64,000 nucleotides of DNA, taken from positions 17,176,001 through 17,240,000 of the forward strand of contig CM052817.1 in the NCBI GenBank assembly GCA_028534125.1, given 5' to 3'. The translations under genes were made by a program, and so were the position numbers. Positions within the stretch are counted from its first letter, which is position 1, and every line of letters starts with the position of its first letter. The notes under the pieces were generated by a model, which was given only the letters and a program-made list of their open reading frames with translations, was not told the DNA's origin and did not search any database. The stretch comes from Lama glama (Eukaryota). Positions 12,698 through 24,560 of the stretch are shown in pieces.

Positions 12698-12888
12698 AGA
12701 GTGGCCAGACCCAGCAAGTGAAAATACAGGATGCCCAGTTAAATTTGAATTTCAGGTAAACAATGAACAACATTTTTAGCATAAGTATGTCACATGTAAT
12801 ATGTGGGATATACGTATACCACAGATTTATTCACTGTTTATCTGAAATTCACATTTAACTGGGTGTCCTGTATTTGTCCGGCAATCCA
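12698..12888. mobile_element. MER53 palindromic hAT MITE
   Basis: aaatacaggatgcccagttaaatttgaatttcaggtaaacaatgaa and its inverted copy ttcactgtttatctgaaattcacatttaactgggtgtcctgtattt pair at 41 of 46 positions. Confidence 0.85.
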
Positions 12889-13439
12889 GATTCTTGTGTC
12901 CAGCAATGTCCTGCTAAAATGAGGCCATCTGAGGAGAGGCTGTCTGGGCCTGGTTCGGGCATTCCGTTTTGTCAGATGAGGCTGCTGGGAAGGACTGGTT
13001 TTCATGTTCCTTTATTAAAACAGCCCCAGAGGGACAGACACAACACCTTCCTTGTCTTCTTGGCTTTGGAGTTGGCTTTCCATGAATGTGTCCCACATGA
13101 ATCACAAAATTGGTTTCTCCTCTCCCTGGCACCAGGCCACACACACCCAAGACATGGCCCCGCTAGAAGCTGGGAGCTCAGAGTTTGGACATGGAAAGAT
13201 TTTTCTTTCCCTGGAACCAAGTAACATGAGCTAAAGAGCTATATATAAAATTTGGTGGAAATGTCATAGATAGCACCTTCTAAGAAAGCTGGCTATAGGC
13301 GAGCTTTACTTACATCTGCAGCTGGCAACTCACACAGTAAGTCTATAATGCATGCTGTCTAATAAAAATAATTGCCGAGTGAAGTCAGGGTGACAGGAAT
13401 CTAAACTGCAAGGGTATAAGTTAGTATAGGTTTCCTGCT

Positions 13440-14100
13440 TATTCATGAATCCATTCAGAAACTATTCCTTGTCCACCTACTATGTGCCGGGCACTGGGCA
13501 AAGAAGGCTGCACTCAAGTTGCTTGCATGCTGTTGGGGGAGACAGGTAGGTGGAGATGATTACAAGTCACCAAGATGAAGGCTTTGAAGAGGGTATGTAC
13601 AAGGTGCTATGAGGACCCTCGGAGGGGACTTGCCCGGAGGTAGGGGCAGGAAAGGCTCTCTAGAGGAAGACCTGAAACAGAGATGTGAGTTAGTGGGCTG
13701 AAGAAGGTGGGAGTGCTCCAGGCAGAGGAAACAGCCTATGCCAAAGCAGGGGACTGGGAGAGAACATGGCACATGGTGGGAAGAGCTGGAGGAGAAGAGA
13801 CTGAGGGCTGAGCAGGGGCCAAAGAAAGTATTAGTCTAAAGCCTGGAGTTTGGAGCAAAGGAAAGAAATGGAAGGGTATTTAAGCAGGAGAAGGGTACGA
13901 GCAAATTTGCCCTATCTAGGCTGGATGGATGGGGGCATGCCTGGAGTCAGGGGGACCAAGCAGAAGGCTGGTATAGGTTCCCATGGGAAAGATGATGGTG
14001 GACCTGCTCAGGGTGAAGGGCAAAGGGGTGGAGAGAAATGGGGTTGCTATAGTGGAGATCTCATAGGCCATGAGGCATGATGAGGGAGGGGCAGTGTCTA
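13440..14100 (-). mobile_element. L2 LINE
   Basis: attcatgaatccattcag...cacctactatgtgccgggcactggg...ggcagaggaaacagcctatgccaaag is the antisense L2 3' region. Confidence 0.7.
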
Positions 14101-14259
14101 GTATGGCTCCTAGGATAGGAGATGCTTCTGGCAGTGTAACTACCCAGATAGACGGTGCATCTCCAGATCCAACCTGCTACCTAAGCTCTAGGCTTCAAGA
14201 CCCAACTGACTTCTTGACCGTCCTTATAGATACTAACAGACTTTCCCACTTGCATGTGG

Positions 14260-14825
14260 CTGTAATGGAGGAGAAAACTTTCCTCTACCTTTTTAGGTTC
14301 AGTACCTGGGGCTGAGCAAATTAAACTGACATGTAACAGATTAACAGGAGAAAAAGTATAAAAATGTGATCTGTTGTTAATATTTTAATTTTTACGTGTA
14401 TACAAGAGTCTCACAGAAAAGGAGGGCAGTTAGACTTGAGAGTTTCTATAGCAATTTAACAGAGAGTGAAAAGTTGGTGGAGAAGTGGTAAGCCAAAGGA
14501 AAAGGGTTGGGGCCTCTAGGGGTGGTAGCTTGCATGAAGGCAAATGTACGGGTGACAGGAAAGGAAGGTAAGTGTTCTTCTAGTGAGGTCGCTTAGTGCA
14601 GATTCAGGCTGTGCCGTCTCACTCTAGCAATGAGTCACCGCTTCTTCCTAGTCTGGAAGGGAGTGGAAGCATCTTCACATAGGGAAATGGATGCCCAAAT
14701 TTGTAGACAGAAAGGGGGAGCAAAAAGAGCTTTTCCTGCATCTGCTGATTCTCAGCTGCCTTCAGCTCAAAATAATCCTCACGCCAAAGTGGTGTATTTG
14801 GGCGGCATGTTCTCCTCACGGCCAG
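14260..14825 (-). mobile_element. MER34-like ERV1 LTR
   Basis: cttcagctcaaaataatcctcacgccaaagtggtgtatttgggcggcat is the reverse complement of the MER34-type LTR start; other end tgtaatggagg..aaattaaactgaca..acagattaacaggagaaaa. Confidence 0.7.
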
Positions 14826-15079
14826 GATAAGAAGACTTGGGCTCATTCTCCTCCCTCCCCTCTGGATCTCTCTCCCTGGCCCTTTCTTTTCTTTTCTTTC
14901 CTTTTTTTTTTCTCTCCTTTAATCTCAATTCTGCACCCATCTCTTTGACCTCAGGTGAGTCACACAACCCCTTTGGACCTTAGTTTCAGTAAAATGGAGG
15001 CACCATTGAATTTCTGTCGCTCAACTTCAAGATCTCTTCCTGTTCTAAAATGTGAAGCTGTGAGACTTCAAGAGCAGAA

Positions 15080-15310
15080 CGCAGTTATGAGGGTGGGCTT
15101 TCAAGTCTGATGAGCAGAATTTTCTCCTGGCTCCCCCATTGGCCCTTTAATCTAGGCCCAGTGATGGCACCTCTCTAAACTTCAGGCCCCCCCTTGAGTA
15201 TGTGTAGAATGGGAATAATAATAATATCTACCTCACAGGTTTTGTAAGGAGATAATCTATTTAACATAGTGCCTGGAACATATTAAGCTCCGAATATATG
15301 TTAGCTATTA
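15080..15310 (+). mobile_element. MIR SINE
   Basis: aatgggaataataataatatctacctcacaggttttgtaagga...gtgcctggaacatattaagctc..atgttagctatt. Confidence 0.7.
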
Positions 15311-15389
15311 AGATGTAATAATCAATATATTAATCATGGCCGTTATTATTATCTATACACTAGCAGATGTGAGCAGGGAATGAGCATAA

Positions 15390-15635
15390 CAGTAACTAAC
15401 AATTATTGAGCACCTACAATATACCAGGAATGTTTCTACATTTCACATAATTCATTCTGTACAACTCCTCGAGATGGACACTATAATTATCTCCATTTTA
15501 GTTCAAGGAAGCTGAAGCTCAGAGTGGACGAGCAACTTGCCCAAGGTCACACCACTAAGAAGTGGCAGAACCTGGCCTTGGAATGCAGGAAGTCTGGCTT
15601 TGAGGACCACACTTTTAGTCACTATGTGCTACATG
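15390..15635 (-). mobile_element. MIR SINE
   Basis: tattgagcacctac...ctccattttagttcaaggaagctgaagctcagag..caacttgcccaaggtcacac..taagaagtggcagaac. Confidence 0.75.
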
Positions 15636-15781
15636 CACCAATTAGAATGCATTCAGCAACTTACTCCCTCTCTTTGCTTATTCTTTTGCAACACTTCCAG
15701 CATTCCTTCATCGAGGGGGAAAAATTGACCTTCATTTAGCTTAGGTTATTTTCTCCACCAAGAACTCTGAATAACCTATAC

Positions 15782-16090
15782 CTGTGTTCCTCAAACTGTG
15801 TTTCATGGTCCACTACATCTGTAGCAGTAACATGTTAATGGAAGTTATGCCTTCAAAGAATTCCATGGCCAAGTGAGTCTGAGAAATGCTAGACTAAGCA
15901 AAGTTTCCTTGCTTGGTAAATTGTAGGACTTCTCAGGGACTTTAAGATACCAGTACACTGCGAATCTCTAGATGGGAAATATAAAGCAGTGTTTCTCAGA
16001 CACATTTAATTATGGAATCCTTCCCTTTTCTTTTCACAAAACATTCCAAAGCACTCATATTCCATGGAACACACTTTGGGAAATACTGAC
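15782..16090. mobile_element. hAT-Charlie-type non-autonomous DNA transposon (family uncertain)
   Basis: Inverted-style ends ctgtgttcctcaaactgtgtttcatgg ... ccatggaacacactttgggaaatactg; internal aggacttctcagggactttaa. Confidence 0.6.
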
Positions 16091-17354
16091 ACAGGCGCTG
16101 TTGGTGAAACAGAATACTAGAGAACTGGGGAGACTGAAAGGAAACAATGCAATTAAAAATCTCTAGTTTGCAGTAAAAGTCAGAAGTTTAGTATCAGCTC
16201 ATAGAGAGCAGGAACCCTATCTAACTTAAAGGTCACAGACAACAGGAAACCAGAACAAGGATTGGGTCTGTCCTTTACTATTAAAAAAAAAAAAGGTTGG
16301 GGGAAATTTTACATAAACATCCGGTATCAGAGCATTTGATAACACTGGGCTCACATTCCTACATGACAATAATTGTCTACCCTGTTTAATTTGGCAAACG
16401 TTCTCCAATTTGCCACAGTCCTCACCACTCCCTGTTATATTATGATTGGCCCCCTTCCATCGTTTCTGTTACATGGAGGTGGTTGAGTTTGTGACCCCTG
16501 GTCCAACTGCATCTTGTAAACCTTATGGAAGCTAGAATAGGGGTTTATTCTCTATAACTACCATTCAGACATTTATTTTTATAACTAGTTCTTTTTTCTC
16601 ATTGTAAAGTTACTCATGCTGATTGCAGAAACCTCAGAAATACAGAAAAGTATGAAAAATAAAACACCAAGATCCATAGCAACCACAATTCAGAGATAAC
16701 TACTGCTAACCTTCTGGTATGTTCCTTCTCATATTTTTGTTTGAACTTACATATCTAATTTTTTTATCATATTTGGATCAAACCATATATATGGTTTTGA
16801 ATCTTCCTTTATCCAGAGAACATTATAATAGTTACCAAGCATGGTTTCTTCTGCTAAAGAGTTTCTAAGAAAACTCATTAAAAAAAATCACTTACAATGG
16901 GCCAGAGAGGTTAGCAGCTAGAAAGTTTTAGACTTGCAATAAAAAGGATATTTCTCCTGCCAGAATGGCTATCTTAGGGTTGTTTTTTATAGTCATAAAG
17001 GCACAGCTCTAAAAGTTAAACATTATTGAACAAATCCAACATTACATGGTTCAAAAGTGACTCTAATAAAAAAGACACTAATGCCAAAGTGCACATGAAG
17101 GGCTTGAATGCTATTTCACTATATGTGAGAAGGGAAAAAGCAACTTTTCTAAATTCAAACATGAGAATTTTGTATAATATACAAATACAAAGCTTTATGT
17201 AGCTGATCCAATAAAGGTATGCATACACATTTGAATATTCATCTACATTCCTAAAAGTTTCTGTCTTCAAATTGCTCAAAACCCTTTTTTGTTGGAAAAA
17301 TCAGAGATACTTTTATTTTGAGGGCGTAAATTGTAGCTGTATTTTGCACCTTAT

Positions 17355-17680
17355 TTAGCATCTTAGCATCGTATAAACAAGGGGGCTTAGTGGTCATCCA
17401 TGTAACTGTGCCCTAGAAGTAGGAGTCTCCTCTGCAACAGCCAGTGGTTGTCCATCCTCAACACGAATGTGTCTTGTGATGGGTACCCTCTACCTCAGAG
17501 GTGCCATTCAGAGCTTCTTACTAGACAATCCTTCCTCACACTGAAGCTTGCATCTTCTGCTGACTTCTGCTCAGTTGCCCACTTCTGTTTTTCAAGTTGA
17601 AGTTGAATTATTTTCCCTGTGACAGCCTCTTAAGTATTTCAAGAAAGCTATTATTTTGCCAAACAATCTTTTCTAAGTTG
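17355..17680 (-). mobile_element. CR1/L3 LINE fragment
   Basis: gggcttagtggtcatcca...gtggttgtccatcctc..gtgatgggtaccctctacctc...ttcctcacactgaagc resembles the antisense L3 3' region. Confidence 0.5.
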
Positions 17681-17691
17681 ACCACTTTTTA

Positions 17692-18335
17692 AACTTTTAT
17701 TTTATTTTGTAATTGAAGTATAGTTGATTTCCAATATTGTGTTAGTTTCAGGTGTACAGCAAAGTGATTCAGATATATATATATATTTCACAGTCTTTAC
17801 CATTATAAGTTATTACAAATATTGAATATAGTTCCATGTGCTATGCAGTAGGTCCTTGTTGCTTACCTATTTTATGTATAGTAGTCTGTATCTGTTAATC
17901 TCATACTCCTAATTTGTCTCTCCCCACTACTTTTCCTCTTTGGTAACCATAAGCTTATTTTCTATATCTGTGAATCTTTCTGTTTTGTATATAGATTCAT
18001 TTGAATTATTTTTCAGATTCCACATATAAATGATATTATATAATATTTGTCTTTCTCTGACAGACTTACTTCACTTACTATGATAATCTCTAGGTTTACC
18101 CATGTTGCTGCTAATGGCAGTATTTCATTCTTTTTTATGGCTGAATAATATTCTCTCTATATATATATCTCACATCTTCTTAAACCCATCGTCTGGTAAT
18201 GGGTACCTGGGTTGTTTCTGCATCTTGGCTATTGTAAATGGTGCTGCTATGAACACTGGGGTACGTGTATCTTTTTGAATTAGAGTTTTTGTCTTTTCTG
18301 GATATGTGCCCAGGAGTGGGACTGCTGCATGACAC
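17692..18335 (-). mobile_element. 5'-truncated LINE-1
   Basis: T-rich tail then aattgaagtatagttgattt..tgtgttagtttcaggtgtacagcaaagtgattcag...ccatgttgctgctaatggc...cccaggagtgggactgctg. Confidence 0.9.
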
Positions 18336-18561
18336 AGTTAAGCTAAACGTTTTAAATTTTTTTAAGTTTCTACTATATCATAGTTTTGAGAAGTTTCTAG
18401 AAACTCAAAATGATTTTAAAATTACATAAAATTAAGAAAGGAGTTAAATGAAGATAGCTTTGGATCAGAACAAAAACAAGGCAGGGAAAGGTAATCTGGT
18501 CCATAGTAGGAATTGTTCATATCATCTTGATGAATCCTCACAGATGCGCAATGTGACAGAG

Positions 18562-19080
18562 TGTAGGTCAAGGCTTACTTGCCTGTAAGTGACATAAGCA
18601 AAGCAAACAGAAACTGTTTGTTTGTTTGTTTATTTTGTTTTTTGTTTTTGAAACTGAAAGTCCCAAGAGTTGATCTTGGTCTTCAGTAAAACTTGATCAA
18701 GTCACTCAAACAGTATTACTAGAGCTTGGTTTCTTTCTGCTTCTAAGCAATGCAGTCTGTATGCTGTATGGCCTTTATTCTTGTCAAAAATTTAGTGACT
18801 CCCTGCAACTCCAGTCTCACACCCTCCCAAGTTCAAATTGAGCAGAGCCCTGGTAGTTTCAACAAAAGTATCATTCCATCTCATTGGCTCAGAACCAATG
18901 AGCCAATGGTGGAGCCTGGGTCATGGGTGATCTTGTTACCCAGGTCTGAGACATATGTCCACCTCTGAGGCTAGGATGGAGGCCCCACCCAAAATGTATG
19001 GACTATGGAGGGACGGTTCCCCAGAAGGAAATCTGGGTGCTATTTCCCAAAGAAGAGGGGCTGGAGGACCAAGTCAGTCA
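18562..19080 (-). mobile_element. Old MaLR (MLT1-like) LTR containing a (TTTG)n tract
   Basis: tgtaggtcaaggcttacttgcctgtaagtgaca ... ttcccagaaggaaatctgggtgctatttcccaaagaagagggg is typical of old MLT1 LTRs. Confidence 0.5.
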
Positions 19081-19465
19081 CATCCCTTAGTATTACTTTA
19101 ATATCCCATTTAGAGACGAGGTGACCAGAGTTCAGAGACAGGAAGCTGTTTGTCCAAGGTCATACACATAGAAAGTGGCAGGAAGGGAAACTGCAAAGCC
19201 CTGTTCTTTCCCCTTCTCCCCACAACGGTGTCCAGGGGAGGCTCTGCTGACTGGAACTGAATCATGGCAAATGCATCTCCACTTTTTATGATTCAGTAAC
19301 TTTGGGTGACAGAGTAACTAATTTTAAGCCCTGGTGGTAAAAGCTTCTGAATCCTTTCATCCGGAATTTCTGGCAAAGGTGTTGGAATTTCTCCACGATT
19401 GGTCAGTGAGCTCATTAGCATCTTCCTAGAACCTGGGGGGCATGGCTGCAAGGACTTTAGAAGCC

Positions 19466-19965
19466 NNNNNNNNNNNNNNNNNNNNNNNNNNNNNNNNNNN
19501 NNNNNNNNNNNNNNNNNNNNNNNNNNNNNNNNNNNNNNNNNNNNNNNNNNNNNNNNNNNNNNNNNNNNNNNNNNNNNNNNNNNNNNNNNNNNNNNNNNNN
19601 NNNNNNNNNNNNNNNNNNNNNNNNNNNNNNNNNNNNNNNNNNNNNNNNNNNNNNNNNNNNNNNNNNNNNNNNNNNNNNNNNNNNNNNNNNNNNNNNNNNN
19701 NNNNNNNNNNNNNNNNNNNNNNNNNNNNNNNNNNNNNNNNNNNNNNNNNNNNNNNNNNNNNNNNNNNNNNNNNNNNNNNNNNNNNNNNNNNNNNNNNNNN
19801 NNNNNNNNNNNNNNNNNNNNNNNNNNNNNNNNNNNNNNNNNNNNNNNNNNNNNNNNNNNNNNNNNNNNNNNNNNNNNNNNNNNNNNNNNNNNNNNNNNNN
19901 NNNNNNNNNNNNNNNNNNNNNNNNNNNNNNNNNNNNNNNNNNNNNNNNNNNNNNNNNNNNNNNNN
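19466..19965. other. Assembly gap (500 N)
   Basis: Run of N seen directly; the round size suggests a placeholder. Confidence 0.99.
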
Positions 19966-20549
19966 CAAAGCCCTATTCTTTCCCCTTCTCCCCACTACGG
20001 TGTCCAGGGGAGGCTCTGCTGACTGGAACTGAATCATAGCAAATGCATCTCCACTTTTTATGATTCAGTAACTTTGGGTGACAGAGTAACTAATTTTAAG
20101 CCCTGGTGGTAAAAGCTTCTGAATCCTTTCATCCGGAATTTCTGGCAAAGGTGTTGGAATTTCTTCACGATTGGTCAGTGAGCTCATTAGCATCTTCCTA
20201 GAACCTGGGGGGCATGGCTGCAAGGACTTTAGAAGCCAGTTACCGGCTTCAGCTTGATTTTCATCTCCTGGTAGCAAGTCTGGTACTGTCTGTCACGGGG
20301 CCTTGGCTGTCATGAATAGCCTCTATAGTATGTCTGGGGACACCAGAGTGGACTCTCTGGTGATCCTTCCCCAGGGATGAGACTTGCCCAGCCAGGGCCC
20401 TGTTGTAAGACAGTCTTGGTCATCGTGGGCACTAGTCCCTATTATCACTAGAGCATTCTGCACATTTCTCTAACCCGTCTGTTCTGAAGACATTTGAAAT
20501 ACCACCCCCAATAGACCTTAGAAAGTCATACGATGTCCCTTATCAATAG

Positions 20550-20920
20550 CAGGCTAACCTGTGATAGAATCATGCATGAAATGCAGTCATATATAGAGTA
20601 CCATCCAGTCATTAAAAAGAATAAAATGAGGCAACCAAGTATCAGTACTGGCAAATCTCAAAAGTGTAGTGTTGAGCAACAAAAAGAGTTGTGGAAGGAC
20701 ACACACAAAATCATACTGTATTTGGTGCCGGGTTACATAAGAAGCGAAAATATGAACACATCCATAGGCATTTCATGATGGTAGGTCCTTGGGGTAGGAG
20801 GAAGGGGCTTCAAATGGTAAAGGGGAAATGGGCCATCATCAATTTTATTTGTAATGTTTTTTCTTAAGCTGGGTGGTAGACACAAGGATGTTTATCACAT
20901 TATTTTTTATATTTAAAAAA
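20550..20920 (+). mobile_element. Old LINE-1 3' fragment (L1M-type)
   Basis: tatagagtaccatccagtcattaaaaagaataa...tcttaagctgggtggtagacacaaggatgtttatcacattattttttata. Confidence 0.55.
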
Positions 20921-21714
20921 TATAATATTGGATAATGAGACATGTTACCCTCAGTCATGGTCAGCTTTCCACCTCTCAGATGCTGTATCCGTCAGAATTC
21001 AGTGTCAGAGGCAGAATCCACTCCAGCTCCCAGGCTAGCTTAGGCTGAGGAGATTTAACAGTGTTCAGAGATTTACTCAGGAGCCAAAGGTACCATGCTG
21101 AGCTTTCAGGAACAGCTTTGAGAACCACACTGCAGCAGGAGGGGCATCGAGGGAACCACAATCTTTTACAATTGGGCTGCTACCAGTTGGATTGGGAAGA
21201 ACACCATGGAAAGACGGATTCCGCAGCAATGGCACACGCCAGGAGAAACAGTGGAAGCAATAGAAGTGTGGTCTCCCCCTCCCTGCTTCCTTCTGGTGGC
21301 TGGACCCCCAGCTGCATCTGCAAATTGTAGTTCTTGACTTTCCAGCCTCTGCAGTGGAGGAAGACATGTGAGGAGAAGGTAGGAAATGTTGATCTACTGT
21401 ATGTCTCCCAGGAGCTGCATTGTTCCATCACATAATCTCTTAGTACACCACCTGACCCCAGCCCTTAACTCCCACCTTCATCCCCATTCTGAACTCCTAC
21501 CCCCAGCCTCCGTAACAGATCGGGGATTGGCAGTCAGAGGACTTGGTGAAAAGCAAGATGCAATTCAGTAGGCACTGTTCTAAGATGGCAGGTTTATGCA
21601 TATAGGACCCAGACACAGGACAGCAAAGGATGCGTTAGACCTGAAAAAGTATCTTGGGTCACGGTGGACCACAGTCAGCTGGGTGGTCCCAAGGGGAAGG
21701 TGGTAGTACTTTGT

Positions 21715-21905
21715 GATGAAAGTACTCAGCTCTGGACTCAGATCGTCTCAGGCCATTTTTGATGACCTCACCACTTACTAAAGGGTGACTTGAACAAGTT
21801 GCTTAATCTTTCTGCCCTTCAGTTTTCTTATCTGCAAAATGGGGTTGATGATAATAATAACAAAACGTCCCCCACTGGACTGTTGTGAGGATTTAATGAT
21901 ACAGG
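21715..21905 (+). mobile_element. MIR SINE
   Basis: ctctggactcaga...ccacttacta..gtgacttgaacaagttgcttaatctttctgcccttcagttttcttatctgcaaaatgggg...gttgtgaggattta. Confidence 0.75.
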
Positions 21906-21929
21906 AATAACAATAATAGCAAACACAAG

Positions 21930-22100
21930 CAGTGCTTACATGCACTGGGCTAAGCGTCACATGTACTTTAACTCATTTAACTTCACCCCGGCGCTGGAGA
22001 TGGCTACTTCTGTTGTTTGCAGCTCACAGATACGAAAACTGAGGTTCTAATCTAGCAGTCTAGGGTCAGACTCTGAGCTCATGATTACTCCACGATGCTC
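21930..22100 (-). mobile_element. MIR SINE
   Basis: agtgcttaca..cactgggctaagcg..actcatttaac...cacagatacgaaaactgaggttc. Confidence 0.6.
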
Positions 22101-22510
22101 CTCTCAGGAGACACATGAAGGGCTTGGGACAGATTGAGTACCTGGTCAGACTGAAGTAATCCTTAGCTGTTATCACCCAGAAGAGCAGGTAGAAAAAGAG
22201 AGCTGCGCACGGGAACTAACAATACCGAATTCTGTCAAAAGGCAAAAATGTACCAGCTGCGGTCTGGGGCGAGGCTACTGTGAGGTTGCGTGGCCCTGAA
22301 GGCAGGTGTGTTATCTCTCCCTGTATGTCCCCACCTCCAATGTCGCAGGGGGGTGCTGGCAAATGAAAGGAACAAGGAGCTCCAGCAGCAGTGGTTGGAT
22401 CTTTGGTTTTTTAGGAGGAAATATCTCTGTTTCAAGTAGCAGCAACCCACCCCCACTGCCTCAGTAAAAAGAGAATCTGCTGAACGGTGGCGGGGTCTCT
22501 CACAATTAGT

Positions 22511-22598
22511 GGGTTACCTCAGGGGTAGAGCACATGCTTAGCATGCAGGAGGTCCTGGGTTCAATCCCCAGTGCCTCCATTAGAAACAAACAAATCTT
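22511..22598 (+). mobile_element. tRNA-Ala(AGC)-derived SINE head (camelid vic-1-like) or tRNA pseudogene
   Basis: ctcaggggtagagcacatgcTTAGCATgcaggaggtcctgGGTTCAATCCccagtgcctcca: degenerate A box, AGC anticodon loop, B box, cca end, short A-rich tail. Confidence 0.8.
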
Positions 22599-23046
22599 TA
22601 CTACTCAGCCATAAAAAAGAATAAAGTAATGCCATTTGCAACAACATCGATGGACCTGGAGATCATCATAATAAGTGAAGTAAGCCTGAAAGAGAAAGAA
22701 AAATACCATATAATATCACTTACATGTGGAATCTAAAACAGAAAGAACTTATTTACAGAAAAGAGACAGACTCACAGACATAGAAAACAAACTTACAGTT
22801 ACCAGTGGAGAAAGGAGGTGGGGAAGGATAAATTGGGAGTTCGGGATTTGTAGACACTAACTGATATATATAAAATAGATAAACAACAAGGTCCTACTGT
22901 AGAGCATGGTGAACTATATTCAATACTTTGTAATGGTTTATAATGAAAAAGAATATATATATGTATATATAAATGAATCACTATGCTGAATACCAGAAAT
23001 TACAACATTGTAAGTCGACTATACTTCAATAAAAGAGAAAAAAAAA
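22599..23046 (+). mobile_element. 5'-truncated LINE-1 3' end
   Basis: tactactcagccataaaaaagaataaagtaatgccatttgcaacaac..atggacctggagatcatc...gactatacttcaataaaa plus poly(A). Confidence 0.9.
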
Positions 23047-23643
23047 CTTAGCAGGTGCCCAGAGGTGCAGGCTGGGAGAACAGGCAGGAGCTGAGGAGGA
23101 ACCTGGGAGAGCTGGGCGGTATCCTTTGCTTCTCCTGCTGGAATCCAGTGCCGGGGCCGCCACACGGGAGTGTCTCATCACCCCTTCATTTCCCGGGTTG
23201 GAGCTGAGGAGTGCCTGGGCTCCTGGCTCCCAGGGGGTGGGAAGTACCAGGGTGTTCAATTCTAACCAGATGTTTCTGCCTGAGGAAGACTCTGAGCCTG
23301 CAGCCCTTTCTATCCTAGCGAAGGGTTGTGGTGAGTGTTAGAACAGTGTTAAAGATACGCTGAAACCCTACTGAGACTTTCTCTCGTACAAACCATATAT
23401 AATGCTAAAATGCCACTTTGAACTAGGGGATTCTTTCAAATCAATGGATATTTTATTAAATTCGTCAATAACTATGTGGCTTTGAAAAATAGTGGTAGGT
23501 AAGTAGGCAAGAAGTATTCGCTCGGCTCTCACCCAGATAATGAATGCGTGGTGAATTTATACATCAGAGGACAGGGGCTGTCACAGGGGATGGAGATCAG
23601 GAGGATCTGAGTCCTCAGCCCCCTAACTTCCATATCCACCAGA

Positions 23644-23823
23644 CAGGACTAGCTGCATAATTTGCAAGACCCAGTGCAAAGGGAAAAACCCAGGGCCCTT
23701 TGTTAAAAAAATGTATTCAGAATTTGCATATAATGCCAATAGAACATCAATCATATGTGGGGACCCTCTCAGTGTGGGGTCCTGGACAACCGCGCAAGTT
23801 ACATGCACACGAAGCTGGCCCTG
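23644..23823 (+). mobile_element. MER91-like hAT MITE
   Basis: caggactagctgcataatttgcaagacccagtgcaaa...gggccctttgttaaaaa...gaagctggccctg with CAGG..CCTG ends. Confidence 0.6.
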
Positions 23824-24029
23824 CCGCTAGGGGATTCTCTCCAAACAGGAGCGTGGTTGGATGCTGGACCATGGTGCCTCCACCGGGATGCCCTTTTTTC
23901 ATTCTAAGAAGTTAGCTGTGCGGGGTGACAAGTGATTTCAGTTAGGTTTCATGACACATGAGGCTCAAAAAGCTTCCCATTGACCCCCTTTTTTTCCTTT
24001 TCTTAAGAGAATTTACAGATCATTTTCTC

Positions 24030-24560
24030 AGTATTTGGGGCACTGGGAAAGTCACAGTTCCAACCTTCATAGAGCTCACAGTCTAGTGTGGGAGATAGTT
24101 TTCCAAGCAAACAATTAAAATCCAGTGTTCTCCCTTATAAGGGAGGCATGTGAAGGGGCATTTTGTAGAAGGACCCCTCATCGGTGTGGGGAAGGTGAGA
24201 AGGGATCCTCGTTGGGCCCTTCCAAATAGGGACTTTGTAGCCCAGGTTCCGATGGTGTTAGAGAAAGTCACACAGGCACAGCTGGACTGTGGGGGCTGGG
24301 TGTGTGGAAGGCCAGGCCAGTGCTAGGGAGCCCGGCCGTGGGACTGCTCGCTGCCCCATGGAACATGACTGGGCCCTGAATGACAGCAGTGTGCCTGGCT
24401 CTCCTGGAGAAGAGGGGGTGGGCCCAAAAGTTAGTGCAGAGGTGGAATCAGCTGTCTTCGGTGACTGAGTAGAGGTGGGTGGGTATTAAAGCTGGAAGAA
24501 AATCCTAAAACGACTAATTGGCTTCTGACTTTGGGCAGATGCACAAACACAGTAAGAAAG
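24030..24560 (-). mobile_element. L2 LINE fragment
   Basis: ccaaccttcatagagctcacagtctagtg... and later antisense L2 motifs. Confidence 0.5.

Noticed and set aside
19399..20037. ~200 aa ORFs spanning the gap
   Set aside because: Artefacts of translating N's.
22511..22579. Functional tRNA-Ala gene
   Set aside because: The acceptor stem and A box are degraded, there is no oligo-T terminator, and it is followed by an A-rich tail and L1, so it is a retroposed copy.
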